Shown: one piece after another, positions 6,913 through 17,227 of the stretch
Position numbering within the stretch: position 1 is the first letter of the stretch
Layout of the letters: every line of letters begins with the position of its first letter
Assembly (NCBI GenBank): GCA_964539775.1
Contig: CAZIKE010000006.1
Coordinates: 8,289 to 62,070, forward strand
DNA: 53,782 bases
Source: an uncultured Chitinophagales bacterium
GTDB lineage: Bacteria > Bacteroidota > Ignavibacteria > UBA10030 > UBA6906
Reading direction: 5' to 3'
The notes under the pieces: generated by a model
Seen by the model: only the letters and a program-made list of their open reading frames with translations
The model's database searches: none
Told to the model about the DNA's origin: nothing
Made by a program: the position numbers and the translations under genes

Positions 6913-9165
6913 ATGAAATCCACTGCTCCTCTCGATGACGTTTATCGGGTAATTTACAATGACCACCACGACCCGTTCCAGGTTCTTGGGATGCATCCCA
7001 TCACGGTAGATGGCAAACAGTGCGTTGTAGTCCGTGCGTTCATTCCGGACGCCGAGTCGCTTTCAGTGATTGAGGTTCCACCCGCCGGAGCAGAGAATGC
7101 AGGCAGTGCTGCCTCATCCTCACAACAACAACCTTGCGAATACCCCATGGAGAAGCTCCACCCCGACGGCTTCTTCGAGGTCGTCATCACAACCCGCAGG
7201 GATGTCTTCCCTTACCAACTCAGGAAGGTGACGGCGCAGGGCGAGGTTGCTCTCTTCCACGATTCGTATTCCTTTATGCCTACGCTGACGGATTTCGATA
7301 TCTACCTCTTTAACGCGGGCGATAATCATCGCATCTATGAAAAGTTAGGAGCACATTACGCGGAAGTGAACGGGGTGGGAGGCGTCCAGTTTGCTGTGTG
7401 GGCGCCGACCGCGCGCAGTGTGAGTGTGATTGGCGACTTCAATCGCTGGGACAGGCGGTTTCATGCCATGCGTGTCTTAGGGTCTTCCGGCATTTGGGAG
7501 ATTTTTATTCCGGGCTTGCCCGAAGGGACACTCTACAAATACCATGTGAAGACACAGCAGGGATTTGTTCTCGACAAGACGGATCCGTACGGGACGGAAA
7601 TGGAGTTGCGCCCGCGAACGGCGGCGCGAGTGAATTTCCTGAGAGGCCACGAATGGCGCGATGAGGAGTGGATGAAACGGCGCGCAATAGAAGACCAGCT
7701 CAGCAAGCCGATCGCAATCTACGAGGTCCATCTCGGTTCGTGGAAGTTGAAGAACGGTGCGACGTGGATGTCCTACCGAGAGCTGGCTGAGGAGCTGGTG
7801 CGCTACGTGAAGGAGACCGGCTACACACACATCGAGCTGATGCCCATAATGGAGCATCCGTATGATGGGTCGTGGGGCTATCAGGTGACGGGCTACTACG
7901 CTCCGACGAGCCGTTTCGGTTCCCCGCAGGATTTCATGTACTTCGTCGATCACTGCCACCGGAACAACATCGGCGTCATCCTCGATTGGGTGCCTGCACA
8001 TTTTCCCAAAGACATTCATGCGTTGGGACTGTTCGACGGCACACATGTGTACGAGCATGCCGATCCGCGCAAAGGTGAACATGTCGATTGGGGGACCTAC
8101 ATCTTCAACTATGGCCGCAACGAGGTGAAGAACTTCCTCATCGGCAATTCGTTGTTCTGGCTTGAGAAGTATCATATCGACGGTCTGCGTATCGATGCGG
8201 TCGCCTCGATGCTGTACCTCGATTATTCGCGCAAGGAGGGCGAGTGGATTCCCAACCGCTACGGCGGCCGGGAAAACCTTGAGGCCATCGAGTTCATCAA
8301 GCACATGAACGGCGTTGTGCATCACTACTATCCCGGCGTTCTGATGATCGCAGAGGAATCCACCGCGTGGCCCGGGGTGACGCACGCGCTGGAACACAAC
8401 GGCTTGGGCTTCGATCTGAAATGGAACATGGGCTGGATGCACGACATGTTGGAGTATTTCTCTCAGGACCCCATTCACCGCAAGTACCATCACGACAAGC
8501 TCACGTTTGCCGCGTGGTATGCCTGGAGCGAGCGGTTCCTTCTGCCTCTCTCGCACGATGAGGTGGTGCACGGCAAGCGTTCGCTGTTAGACAAGATGCC
8601 GGGCGACATCTGGCAGAAGTTTGCTAACCTGCGTGCGTTGTATGCCCTGATGTATGCCTTCCCGGGTAAAAAGCTGCTGTTCATGGGAGGCGAGTTTGCT
8701 CAGTGGACGGAATGGAATTTCGAGCGGAGTCTGGACTGGGCGTTGCTGGATTATGATTATCATCGCGGTGTCTTCACGCTTGTTCAGGATCTGAACGCAC
8801 TTTACAAAGCGCAGCCCGCGCTCCATGCAGTGGATTTCTCCTACGCCGGTTTCGAGTGGATTGATTTCTCTGACCATGCGAGCAGCATCATCTCCTTTGA
8901 ACGCAAGGCGAGAGAAGGGAGTGAAGTTGTCATTGCCGTTTTCAACTTTACGCCTGTGCCGCGGCACGGGTATCGGATCGGCGTGCCGGAGGAAGGTGCA
9001 TATGCCGAGTTGCTGAACACCGATGCCCTGGTGTACGGAGGAAGCAATCTCGGAAACGCCGGCGAGGTTCACGCCGAGGCGATTCCGTGCCACAACCGGA
9101 GCTTCTCACTGTCGTTGACGCTGCCGCCGTTGGGCGCGCTCTTCCTAAAGAGAAAACGCACCTGA
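6913..9165 (+). CDS. glgB: 1,4-alpha-glucan branching enzyme (GH13)
   Basis: [48 protein letters not shown]. Confidence 0.97.
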   Translation: MKSTAPLDDVYRVIYNDHHDPFQVLGMHPITVDGKQCVVVRAFIPDAESLSVIEVPPAGAENAGSAASSSQQQPCEYPMEKLHPDGFFEVVITTRRDVFPYQLRKVTAQGEVALFHDSYSFMPTLTDFDIYLFNAGDNHRIYEKLGAHYAEVNGVGGVQFAVWAPTARSVSVIGDFNRWDRRFHAMRVLGSSGIWEIFIPGLPEGTLYKYHVKTQQGFVLDKTDPYGTEMELRPRTAARVNFLRGHEWRDEEWMKRRAIEDQLSKPIAIYEVHLGSWKLKNGATWMSYRELAEELVRYVKETGYTHIELMPIMEHPYDGSWGYQVTGYYAPTSRFGSPQDFMYFVDHCHRNNIGVILDWVPAHFPKDIHALGLFDGTHVYEHADPRKGEHVDWGTYIFNYGRNEVKNFLIGNSLFWLEKYHIDGLRIDAVASMLYLDYSRKEGEWIPNRYGGRENLEAIEFIKHMNGVVHHYYPGVLMIAEESTAWPGVTHALEHNGLGFDLKWNMGWMHDMLEYFSQDPIHRKYHHDKLTFAAWYAWSERFLLPLSHDEVVHGKRSLLDKMPGDIWQKFANLRALYALMYAFPGKKLLFMGGEFAQWTEWNFERSLDWALLDYDYHRGVFTLVQDLNALYKAQPALHAVDFSYAGFEWIDFSDHASSIISFERKAREGSEVVIAVFNFTPVPRHGYRIGVPEEGAYAELLNTDALVYGGSNLGNAGEVHAEAIPCHNRSFSLSLTLPPLGALFLKRKRT

Positions 9166-9203
9166 ACACCAAGAAGTATGAATCTTCAACGAAGGAGTAT
9201 GCC

Positions 9204-10112
9204 ATGAAGATTGTTCTTGCCGGAGGAAGCGGATTCATCGGAAGGGGAGTTCTGGAGAAGTTCGCCCGGGAGTCGCACACGATTGTCCTTCTCACGCGCC
9301 AGCCTTCACGCACGTATCCGGCGTGGCCTACCGTGCGGTCTGTCCAGTGGGATGCGCGCACAGTCGGCGCCTGGGCGGCGGAGCTTGACGGCGCCGATGC
9401 TGTACTGAACTTCGCTGGCGAGCCCCTCGACGCAAAGCGCTGGACGCTGCGACAAAAGGAAGTGATCGTGTTCAGCCGGGTCGATGCGACACGTGCACTT
9501 GTTGAGGCAATGCGGCAAGCAAAGAACAAGCCGCCTGTGTTGGTCAATGCTTCTGCGGTCGGTTACTATGGTCCTGTCGAACATGAGGAGGTAACGGAGG
9601 ATCATGGGCACGGCAGCGATTTTCTCGCGCACGTCGTGCACGAATGGGAGAACGAAGCTGAAGCCGCCACGCAACTTGGTGTGCGTGTAGTTCGGTTGCG
9701 CATGGGTGTGGTGCTGGCGCGGGATGGGGGAGCACTCAGGAAGATGGCGCTACCATTCAAGTTCTTCGTCGGAGGGTACCTTGGCAGTGGCAAGCAATGG
9801 TTTCCCTGGGTGCATCGGGATGACGTGACAAATGTCGTGGACTTTGTCATGAAGACACCATCGTTGAGTGGTGCGCTGAACGTTGTCGCGCCGGATGCAG
9901 TGACGATGAAGCAATTCTGTGATGTACTCGGAAGGGTGATGGGTCGGCCCTCGTGGATGCCGGTGCCAGGCTTCGTGCTCACCGTGGCGCTCGGTGAAAT
10001 GGCCGACATGCTGCTCACAGGGCAGCGCGTTGTACCTGCCAAACTCACCGAACATGCGTACAGATTTCTTTTTCCGAAATTAGAGGATGCGTTGAGAGCT
10101 ATTTTTTTGTAG
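9204..10112 (+). CDS. TIGR01777/YfcH family NAD-dependent epimerase-like oxidoreductase
   Basis: MKIVLAGGSGFIG, ASAVGYYG, LGSGKQWFPWVHRDD; AAGGAG RBS before ATG 9204. Confidence 0.9.
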   Translation: MKIVLAGGSGFIGRGVLEKFARESHTIVLLTRQPSRTYPAWPTVRSVQWDARTVGAWAAELDGADAVLNFAGEPLDAKRWTLRQKEVIVFSRVDATRALVEAMRQAKNKPPVLVNASAVGYYGPVEHEEVTEDHGHGSDFLAHVVHEWENEAEAATQLGVRVVRLRMGVVLARDGGALRKMALPFKFFVGGYLGSGKQWFPWVHRDDVTNVVDFVMKTPSLSGALNVVAPDAVTMKQFCDVLGRVMGRPSWMPVPGFVLTVALGEMADMLLTGQRVVPAKLTEHAYRFLFPKLEDALRAIFL

Positions 10113-10172
10113 ATTCATTCCGGCGCCCCTACGATTGTCCAAAACCGTTCCTTGATCGACCACCACGATCCT

Positions 10173-11039
10173 ATGAGCCGCCTAAAACTGAGTCTGCTCG
10201 TCGTTCTGTCTGCGGTAATGATGATGGGTGCTGGCTACATGCTTGGGTATGAGAGCCTGCTCTTCGGATTTCTCCTCTGGCTTGTACTGGCCGTGGGATT
10301 GGTGTGGTTTGCGGACAAGGTCGTGCTGAAATTGTGTAATGCCGAACTCTTGACAGTGTATCACAGTCCGACGCTCTTTGAGACGGTGATGGAGGTAAGC
10401 AAACGAGCCGGACTGCCGATGCCGGCGATCTATATGATGCCCGGTGAGGCGCCAAACCTCTTTTCTGTGGGGCGCAGCCGGGGCCACGCCGGTGTTGTGT
10501 TCACCGAAGGCCTGCTCAGAGCCATGAATGCCGATGAACTCAGAAGCGCGATCGCGCACGAGATGGTGCACATCTTTCGTAACGACACCCTGATTGCATC
10601 GCTTGCCGCAACGCTGGCCGGCCTCCTCGGATTAGGCTCGCGCCGGGCGCGCATTGCTGCTGCTGCCGCACAGCCTGCATCGAACGGTAAGAAAACCCTG
10701 TTTGCCTTCTCCGGTATCCTGATCGTCACTGCACCTCTTGCAGCACTTGTCATCCAATCCCTTGTCTCTCCACGACGAGAATTTCGAGCGGATGTGTTAG
10801 GCGCGAAACTCATGGGGAATGCACAGGCAATGGCAAACGCCATCCGCATCATGGAAAAGAATAAACATTCTCTGCCGTTGCAGGTGGCGCCGGCGGTGGC
10901 GCACCTGTTCATGGTCAGTCCTCTTCCTCACGGACGAGTAGCGCGAACGTTCTCCGTGCACCCTCCATTGGCGGATCGGGTGCGGCTGCTTGAAGAGTTG
11001 CACCAAAAGGCGCAGACGAACATACCTTCTGCCGCGTAG
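10173..11039 (+). CDS. HtpX-like M48 membrane zinc metalloprotease
   Basis: N-terminal TMs, PNLFSVGR, AHEMVH (HExxH), REFRAD, FSVHPPLADRV. Confidence 0.85.
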   Translation: MSRLKLSLLVVLSAVMMMGAGYMLGYESLLFGFLLWLVLAVGLVWFADKVVLKLCNAELLTVYHSPTLFETVMEVSKRAGLPMPAIYMMPGEAPNLFSVGRSRGHAGVVFTEGLLRAMNADELRSAIAHEMVHIFRNDTLIASLAATLAGLLGLGSRRARIAAAAAQPASNGKKTLFAFSGILIVTAPLAALVIQSLVSPRREFRADVLGAKLMGNAQAMANAIRIMEKNKHSLPLQVAPAVAHLFMVSPLPHGRVARTFSVHPPLADRVRLLEELHQKAQTNIPSAA

Positions 11040-11048
11040 GGAATTGGA

Positions 11049-13175
11049 ATGAGCATTATCCGACGCGCGGGGGTATTCATTATTGTCGTTCCTCTTGTTG
11101 TGGGGGAGGGGCTCGCCCTGGATACCGCAGCACGCATTCCACCAATCGTTTTTGTCTCACGCAATGCGATCGCCGAAGCACCGCCCGGAAGTCTCCCCGG
11201 TTTTGGGCCGCAACACCGCACAGCCGTCGTCGGCGGGAAGCTGATGCTGCGCGAGCGCAACGGGACGCTTCGTGTGCTGGTTGATTCGACCAGGCTGATT
11301 GACGTGGCAGACCCGTGTGTTTCATGGGACGGCAAACGGGTGCTCTTCTCGGGCATTCAGCACGCTGACAGCAACTGGCGGATTTTTGAAATCGGAGTGG
11401 ATGGGAAGAAGTTCAGACAACTGACGTTCTCGGACAGAGCACTTGACCTCACCCAATTTGGTGCGTCTGCCCCGCTGTTTCAGCGGTACGATGATTTCGA
11501 TCCTTGTTATCTTCCCAGCGGAAAGATCGCCTTTGCAAGCACACGCTATCCCTCGCTTGCGATGGTGGAACGCGTTCGAGCGAGCAACATCTACGTTATG
11601 GAAGCCGACGGACGAAACCTCCGCCGCATTACGAGCGAGCGCAACGGCGGCGAAGAGCCGACCGTCGATCCGGTGACGGGACGGATAGTGTATGCCCGGT
11701 GGTGGGCGAATGTCGATCGCCCAAGCAATCTCACTCGCAACAACCTTTCGCGCGAAGATGCCACTGCCTTGACGGACGACATCGGCAACATCTGGCATGC
11801 TGTGGCGATCAATCCCGATGGTGACGGGTTGAAGCTGTATGCGGGTTTTGTCCGTACGCGCTCGGGCACGCACACCTACAAGCCGGCGCTCATGCGGAAC
11901 GGGCGACTTCTCAGCACGTTCTCTCCGCGCACCTGGCTTGTTCCTTCCGGCGGCGGCACGGGTATCCGATGGTTCAATCCCGGCGCCGACTATGAACATC
12001 ACATCATCGGTGTGCGTCCCGACGCATCGATGCGCGGGCGAACGGATGTGCCGCCTCCGTATGCTACAGATCCTGTCGAGCTTGATCCCCGTACGATTCT
12101 TTTTTCTTATTCTCTCGATGGGGAGGACTACGGCATCTACTCCTGTTCGCTGGAGGGAAAGAACCTTCGGGCAGTGGTGGATCTGCCCGGGACACTTGAG
12201 CTTGAGCCGCAACGTGTCGTTGCAACGAAACCTCCCCCTGTGGTCATCGAACAGTTTGTGACCCCCGTGTCCGATCTTCCTCCGACCGAGGATCCGGAGA
12301 CGTACGCGCGGAATGATTTTTTCCGCTTCGATTGCATGAACATCTTCATCAACGGCAGGGTAGATGAACCGATGCCCGATGCGCCGCGCATTGCTCAGGA
12401 CCTGACGATTCAGTTCTTCATGAACCCGCAGCGGCAGAGCAGCGACCGGCCGGATCCTTCTATTCTTCTGAAAACGGCCCCGGTATTTTACATGGGCGCC
12501 GTCCACGAGCACGATGTGCCCGCCGAAGTGCCGTTGTTCGAGCAAATCATTGACAAGAACGGAAAGGTGCTGGAAACGACGGACGGGAAGTTTGCACACG
12601 TCGCCGGCTTCAACTTCGAGCGCGTCGGGTCGGGAACGAAGTGCGCAGGATGCCACATCGGTCACTCGATGCTCGAAGTTCCTAAAAACGGGGAGATTGC
12701 CGAATGGTTCAATGCAGCCCCTTCCGCTTCTGTGACGGCAAGCTCAACAGTCAGCGCAGGGAATGGTAAATTGTTTGCCCCCAGCAACGTGGTCGACCGC
12801 CAGGCTCGGGTGGGCGGCGATTCGGTCATCTGGGTTGCCGGAGAAGAGAAGGAGCCGTGGGTGGAGTTGCGCTGGTCCCTCCCCATTGAAGTACGCGAGC
12901 TTGTTCTTTACAACATCCCTGATCGTCCAACGGAAGGGACCAGATTGAACGTGCATCATTGTAGGATTTTGTTATATTATCACGGTACTGAAATCGCCGC
13001 CGTTCCTGTGGTTGGCCCACTGAAGACGAGCGGAACAGCGATTTCTGTTCGCCCCACCAAAATCGACGCCGCAAGGATTACGATTACGAAGTTCTCTGGA
13101 AAGATAAAGCACCGCGCAGTTGCGGGTCTTGCTGAAGTTGAGACCATAGCTCGACTCTTGCCAGTCTCACCATAA
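11049..13175 (+). CDS. Secreted beta-propeller (PD40/TolB-like) c-type heme protein resembling hydrazine synthase alpha subunit; C-terminal discoidin-like domain
   Basis: Signal peptide; DPCVSWDGKRVLFS, DFDPCYLPSGKIAFASTR repeats; VPAEVPLFEQIIDKNG...CAGCH; C-terminal 'ASVTASS...NVVD...W...PWVELRW'. Confidence 0.65.
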   Translation: MSIIRRAGVFIIVVPLVVGEGLALDTAARIPPIVFVSRNAIAEAPPGSLPGFGPQHRTAVVGGKLMLRERNGTLRVLVDSTRLIDVADPCVSWDGKRVLFSGIQHADSNWRIFEIGVDGKKFRQLTFSDRALDLTQFGASAPLFQRYDDFDPCYLPSGKIAFASTRYPSLAMVERVRASNIYVMEADGRNLRRITSERNGGEEPTVDPVTGRIVYARWWANVDRPSNLTRNNLSREDATALTDDIGNIWHAVAINPDGDGLKLYAGFVRTRSGTHTYKPALMRNGRLLSTFSPRTWLVPSGGGTGIRWFNPGADYEHHIIGVRPDASMRGRTDVPPPYATDPVELDPRTILFSYSLDGEDYGIYSCSLEGKNLRAVVDLPGTLELEPQRVVATKPPPVVIEQFVTPVSDLPPTEDPETYARNDFFRFDCMNIFINGRVDEPMPDAPRIAQDLTIQFFMNPQRQSSDRPDPSILLKTAPVFYMGAVHEHDVPAEVPLFEQIIDKNGKVLETTDGKFAHVAGFNFERVGSGTKCAGCHIGHSMLEVPKNGEIAEWFNAAPSASVTASSTVSAGNGKLFAPSNVVDRQARVGGDSVIWVAGEEKEPWVELRWSLPIEVRELVLYNIPDRPTEGTRLNVHHCRILLYYHGTEIAAVPVVGPLKTSGTAISVRPTKIDAARITITKFSGKIKHRAVAGLAEVETIARLLPVSP

Positions 13176-13201
13176 TTCACTCTCTACACATAAGGAGCAC
13201 A

Positions 13202-16200
13202 ATGAACAGACCTCTTCTGGTTTGCCTTGCGATATTGTTTGCGGTTGCGCAGACCAAGGCAGATGGATTGTACAGTGTTCACTCGCCCGACGGTACCACC
13301 GTCTGGGCGGCTGGGAACAGCGGCACCGTCTTCCGCTCGCTCGATGGCGGCATCACGTGGTCGTCGATGGTGCAAGGAACGTCGACGTTGCGGAGCGTAT
13401 ACGCTCTCGGCACCGCCGTTTGGATTGTCGGCGATGAGGGCAAATGCTACGCGTCGACCGACAACGGTGCAACGTTCGAGCAGAAGAATGTCGTGGGAAG
13501 TACGAACCTGACGCGCGTGCTGTTTGTTGACAGTCTCACCGGCTGGATTGCAGGGGCGAACGGCACATTGCTGAAGACCACCGACGGCGGAACGGTGTGG
13601 TCGGCAGTGCCGCTCGGAACGTCAGAGACAATCACGTCGCTTTTCTTCGCTGGTGCGCTCACCGGATACCTTGGCGGAACGAACGGTCTTGTCATGAAAA
13701 CGGTGAACGGTGGGGTGAGCTGGATGAACGTGGGTGGTTCCGGATGGTCGAAGACCATCACCGCGATTGCAGCCAACGGTGCAATCGTGTACGTGACAGG
13801 CACCGATGCCTTCTGCATGATGAGCAGCGATGCAGGCTCGACGTGGCTGCCGCTCAACCTCAAGACAGACAGCCAGTCCGATGTGAATGATGTTTTTGTG
13901 AAGAGTGCGGCCGAGGCGTTTTTCGTCGGCGGAGGTGGGTACATTCGACGAACCACCAGCGGCGGCGCGGCGTTCGAGTGGCCGCAGCATGGGTTGCATT
14001 CCACATTGAACGATATCTTCTTCTTCAACAATCAAAAAGGGTGGGTATGCGGGGAAAAGACCAATGTCGTTCTCTACACAACGGACGGCGGAACAACGTG
14101 GCTGATGCCTCAAGGCACGACGCGGTCGGCAGCATGGGTCCAGAAGCTCTCGGTCTCCGCAACGGTGCGAGGGAACGCCTTCAGTATCAGCGCGTTCAAC
14201 AAGAATACGATCTACTGCGCGCTTGGCACCCGAGTCTACGTTAGCTACAACCGCGGAGAAACCTGGACACAGATTGCCACGATGCCGACAGGCGGGTCGA
14301 AGGTCAACTCGTTCTATGTCTCTCCGAAGGATACAAACCTGTGGGTTGCAGCCTATGGGGCGCCCGACAGGATTGTCCGCTCCACCGATCGGGGTGTCTC
14401 ATGGACAGTGACCATGACGCGGGACTTCTCCGAGTATGGTATGCCGATGGAAATGGATGGCTCCCATCCCGACACACTCTATTTCGGTCCCGAAGACGGT
14501 CGCTTCTACCGTTCCACAGACTTTGGCGCCACCTGGACTGAAGTGAGCGCGCCCGGATTCAGAAGTCCGTGCGACATTGTTGTTGTGCGCGACAAGCCTG
14601 AGGTGATTTGGGTAGGTGATGGCGTTACGGGCAGCGGACAAGGGCAGATGTTCCGCTCAGGCGATGGCGGCCGAACGTTCCAACTCATCTATTCGACAAC
14701 CGGCTCGGAAATCCCGACCGTCGCCGGCAGTTCGCTGGATAACACACTCGGCTACGCTACGGCATGGGGGTCGGGCGGCGTGACCAAGACGGTGGACTTC
14801 GGCCTCACGTGGTCATCGGTTGCTTCCACCCCTTCAACGTGGGGTGTAGATATCGCCAAGGACGATCCGAACGTGGTGATGTACGGCGTGTATGGTGGTG
14901 CGACGTCGTACCTTTCCTCGAACGCGGGCGTGTCGTTTTCGACCTCGCCCCTCTCCGGCTCCAACTACGCCATCCTCGCGTACGACCGCGGGACGTTCCT
15001 CGCACAACAAAGCGGAGGGATTTACAAATACACCTTCACATACACGGTTCCGACGGTAACCCAACAAGCGCTGACGCTAACATCGCCCAATGGTGGAGAA
15101 AACTGGCCCTACGGCACGACGCGGAACATCACGTGGACTGCCACGAACGTCGCGAATGTGAGGATCGAGTACAAGACTTCCCCAAGTGCACAGTGGCAAA
15201 CCATCGTTGCCAGCACGCCGGGCACAGCGGGTTCGTACTCATGGCTCATCCCGAACAGTCCCACAACACAGGCACGCGTGCGCATCTCGGACGCGAGTGA
15301 TGCGAATCCCATCGACAGCAGCGACAACCCCTTTACGATTTCAGTCGCCGCATTCTCCGCACAACCCAATCCAGTAAACTTCGGCAGCATCCCTGTGGGC
15401 ACCCGCTCGAGCCGTACTGTCACGATTGCCAACTCTGGAACTGCCGCACTCGTGGTAACGAGTGTCGTTGCCAGCGATCCAACATTTGCCGTTAGCAGAA
15501 GCTCGTTCAGCATTCCGGCAGGGCAGTCCGATACCATCCAAATCCATTTCACGCCAACCATTGTGGGCAATATCAGCGGTGAAATGCAATTCCATTGCAA
15601 CGTGCCCGGAAGTCCGATCAGTGTGAGCGTCTCGGGCAATGGTACGACGGCAGCAAGTATTTCGGTGATTGCCCCGAACGGCGGCGAGCTGTGGCGTGCC
15701 GGAACGACGGAAACCATTTCCTGGACTGCAACGGCTCTGACGACGGTGGCCATATCGTACAAGACTGCTCCTGCTGCTTCGTGGCAAACCATCGCTCAAG
15801 GGGTTGCTGCCTCATCGGGTTCATATGCCTGGGTCGTCCCGAACACGCCGACAACCGAGGCCCGTGTGAGAGTCATGGACGAGACCAGCGGGACGGTTGT
15901 GGATTCGAGCGACGGGCTTTTCACGATTCTCGGTCCCAACGCCGTGGCAGAAGGAGGAATCCCGACGACATTCGAACTGAGCCAGAACTATCCCAATCCA
16001 TTTTCCACCGCCGGCGGAAACCGCTCAACGGTGATTGCCTACGGCATACCGAAGGATGCTGTAGTGAGTTTGAAGGTGTACAACATGATCGGCCAGGAGA
16101 TTGCCACGCTGGTGAACGAAAGGCAGTCCGCAGGCCGGTATGTCGTTCCGTTCAACACGCAGACACTTGCGTTCAACTTGTCGAGCGGCATGTACTTCTA

Positions 16201-16309
16201 TCGTTTGTCTGCCGTGCCAACCGCACAGCGAGAGCGCGCCCCGACCGCCGGTCAGAACGACCAGGCCGGCGAGGTGGTGCAAGTGCGCAAAATGATGTTG
16301 GTAAAATGA
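13202..16309 (+). CDS. Secreted BNR/YCF48-type beta-propeller protein with Ig-like domains and T9SS C-terminal sorting domain
   Basis: Many S/T-x-D-G-G-x-T-W Asp boxes; two similar 'S/APNGGE.W' domains flanking an ASH/Ig-like domain; FELSQNYPNPF...KMMLVK; AAGGAG RBS. Confidence 0.88.
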   Translation: MNRPLLVCLAILFAVAQTKADGLYSVHSPDGTTVWAAGNSGTVFRSLDGGITWSSMVQGTSTLRSVYALGTAVWIVGDEGKCYASTDNGATFEQKNVVGSTNLTRVLFVDSLTGWIAGANGTLLKTTDGGTVWSAVPLGTSETITSLFFAGALTGYLGGTNGLVMKTVNGGVSWMNVGGSGWSKTITAIAANGAIVYVTGTDAFCMMSSDAGSTWLPLNLKTDSQSDVNDVFVKSAAEAFFVGGGGYIRRTTSGGAAFEWPQHGLHSTLNDIFFFNNQKGWVCGEKTNVVLYTTDGGTTWLMPQGTTRSAAWVQKLSVSATVRGNAFSISAFNKNTIYCALGTRVYVSYNRGETWTQIATMPTGGSKVNSFYVSPKDTNLWVAAYGAPDRIVRSTDRGVSWTVTMTRDFSEYGMPMEMDGSHPDTLYFGPEDGRFYRSTDFGATWTEVSAPGFRSPCDIVVVRDKPEVIWVGDGVTGSGQGQMFRSGDGGRTFQLIYSTTGSEIPTVAGSSLDNTLGYATAWGSGGVTKTVDFGLTWSSVASTPSTWGVDIAKDDPNVVMYGVYGGATSYLSSNAGVSFSTSPLSGSNYAILAYDRGTFLAQQSGGIYKYTFTYTVPTVTQQALTLTSPNGGENWPYGTTRNITWTATNVANVRIEYKTSPSAQWQTIVASTPGTAGSYSWLIPNSPTTQARVRISDASDANPIDSSDNPFTISVAAFSAQPNPVNFGSIPVGTRSSRTVTIANSGTAALVVTSVVASDPTFAVSRSSFSIPAGQSDTIQIHFTPTIVGNISGEMQFHCNVPGSPISVSVSGNGTTAASISVIAPNGGELWRAGTTETISWTATALTTVAISYKTAPAASWQTIAQGVAASSGSYAWVVPNTPTTEARVRVMDETSGTVVDSSDGLFTILGPNAVAEGGIPTTFELSQNYPNPFSTAGGNRSTVIAYGIPKDAVVSLKVYNMIGQEIATLVNERQSAGRYVVPFNTQTLAFNLSSGMYFYRLSAVPTAQRERAPTAGQNDQAGEVVQVRKMMLVK

Positions 16310-16338
16310 CAGACCGTTTCACCAAGGAGGTTCGAGGT

Positions 16339-17205
16339 ATGACAGTGACGCGTAAAACGGCCGGAGTTGTTTCTCTCCTCATGCTGACGGTGTTTTGCGG
16401 GTTCGAACTCTATCATCAAACCGGCATCGTGCACGCGACGCGCAAGAACGGGTACGGCTGCCTGTGCCACGGCTTCGAGCCTTCCGACAGTGTGCGTGTG
16501 TGGATTGTCGGTCCGGATTCGCTGCGTCCAGGGGAACAGGCGACCTACTTCATCAATATTGCGCGGCGACCGAATATCGCCGCTGGATTCAATGTTGCGG
16601 CGTATCGGGGCTCGCTCGGCATCGTCGATTCTGTGTGGACGCAACTGCTGACGGAATCGCCGGGCATTGATAGCCTCGAGTTGACACACACCTGGCCCCG
16701 ACCGGGCAACGGCCGGGATACAATCTCATGGGTGTTCTCTTATAAGGCTCCGCTGACCGTTGGCTTCATCGATACGCTCTACGCGGCCGGGAACTCCGTC
16801 AATCTGGACACGCTGCCGGATCCTCCAGGCGATGCGTGGAACTACAGTCCGAATTTCACCGTCCGTGTTGTGCCGCCTACGTCGGTGGAGGAGGCCAACG
16901 CGCCGCTCGCATTTCGTTTGTTCCAGAACTATCCCAATCCGTTCTCCGCCGCCGGCGGAAATTCCACCACGCGCATCGCTTACTCGATTCAGGGTGCTGG
17001 ATTCGTGTCGCTGAAGGTGTTTGATATGTTGGGAAGAGAAGTGGCAACACTCGTGGACGGGTTTCTCCGTGAGGAGTCCTTCGGACAAGGTTCAGGGTTC
17101 AAGGTGGTGGAGTTTGATGGAACGGGACTGCCCAGCGGCATCTATATTTATCGGTTGAAGTTTGGCGACGTTGTCCTCGCGCGAAAGATGGTACTGCTTC
17201 GATAG
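16339..17205 (+). CDS. Secreted protein with CxCH motif, Reeler-like (choice-of-anchor V-like) domain and T9SS sorting domain
   Basis: AAGGAGG RBS before ATG 16339 (alternative ATG 16306 overlaps the upstream stop); signal peptide; GCLCHG; AGFNVAA, ELTHT.P, LYAAGNSVN; FQNYPNPF...KMVLLR. Confidence 0.75.
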   Translation: MTVTRKTAGVVSLLMLTVFCGFELYHQTGIVHATRKNGYGCLCHGFEPSDSVRVWIVGPDSLRPGEQATYFINIARRPNIAAGFNVAAYRGSLGIVDSVWTQLLTESPGIDSLELTHTWPRPGNGRDTISWVFSYKAPLTVGFIDTLYAAGNSVNLDTLPDPPGDAWNYSPNFTVRVVPPTSVEEANAPLAFRLFQNYPNPFSAAGGNSTTRIAYSIQGAGFVSLKVFDMLGREVATLVDGFLREESFGQGSGFKVVEFDGTGLPSGIYIYRLKFGDVVLARKMVLLR

Positions 17206-17227
17206 CGAAAGCCTCCGCAGGCGTGTG

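Noticed and set aside
7075-7137. Low-complexity insertion in the GlgB N-terminal domain ([21 protein letters not shown])
   Set aside because: In-frame loop in a variable region with no clear hairpin, repeat or intein motifs
11049-13175. Evidence for anammox metabolism
   Set aside because: Only one heme motif, no hzsB/hzsC or hydrazine dehydrogenase genes nearby, and the genome context is not planctomycete
15595-16338. N-terminal 248 aa of the 536-aa ORF call
   Set aside because: Overlaps the BNR gene in another frame with non-protein-like composition; the RBS and signal peptide indicate a start at 16339
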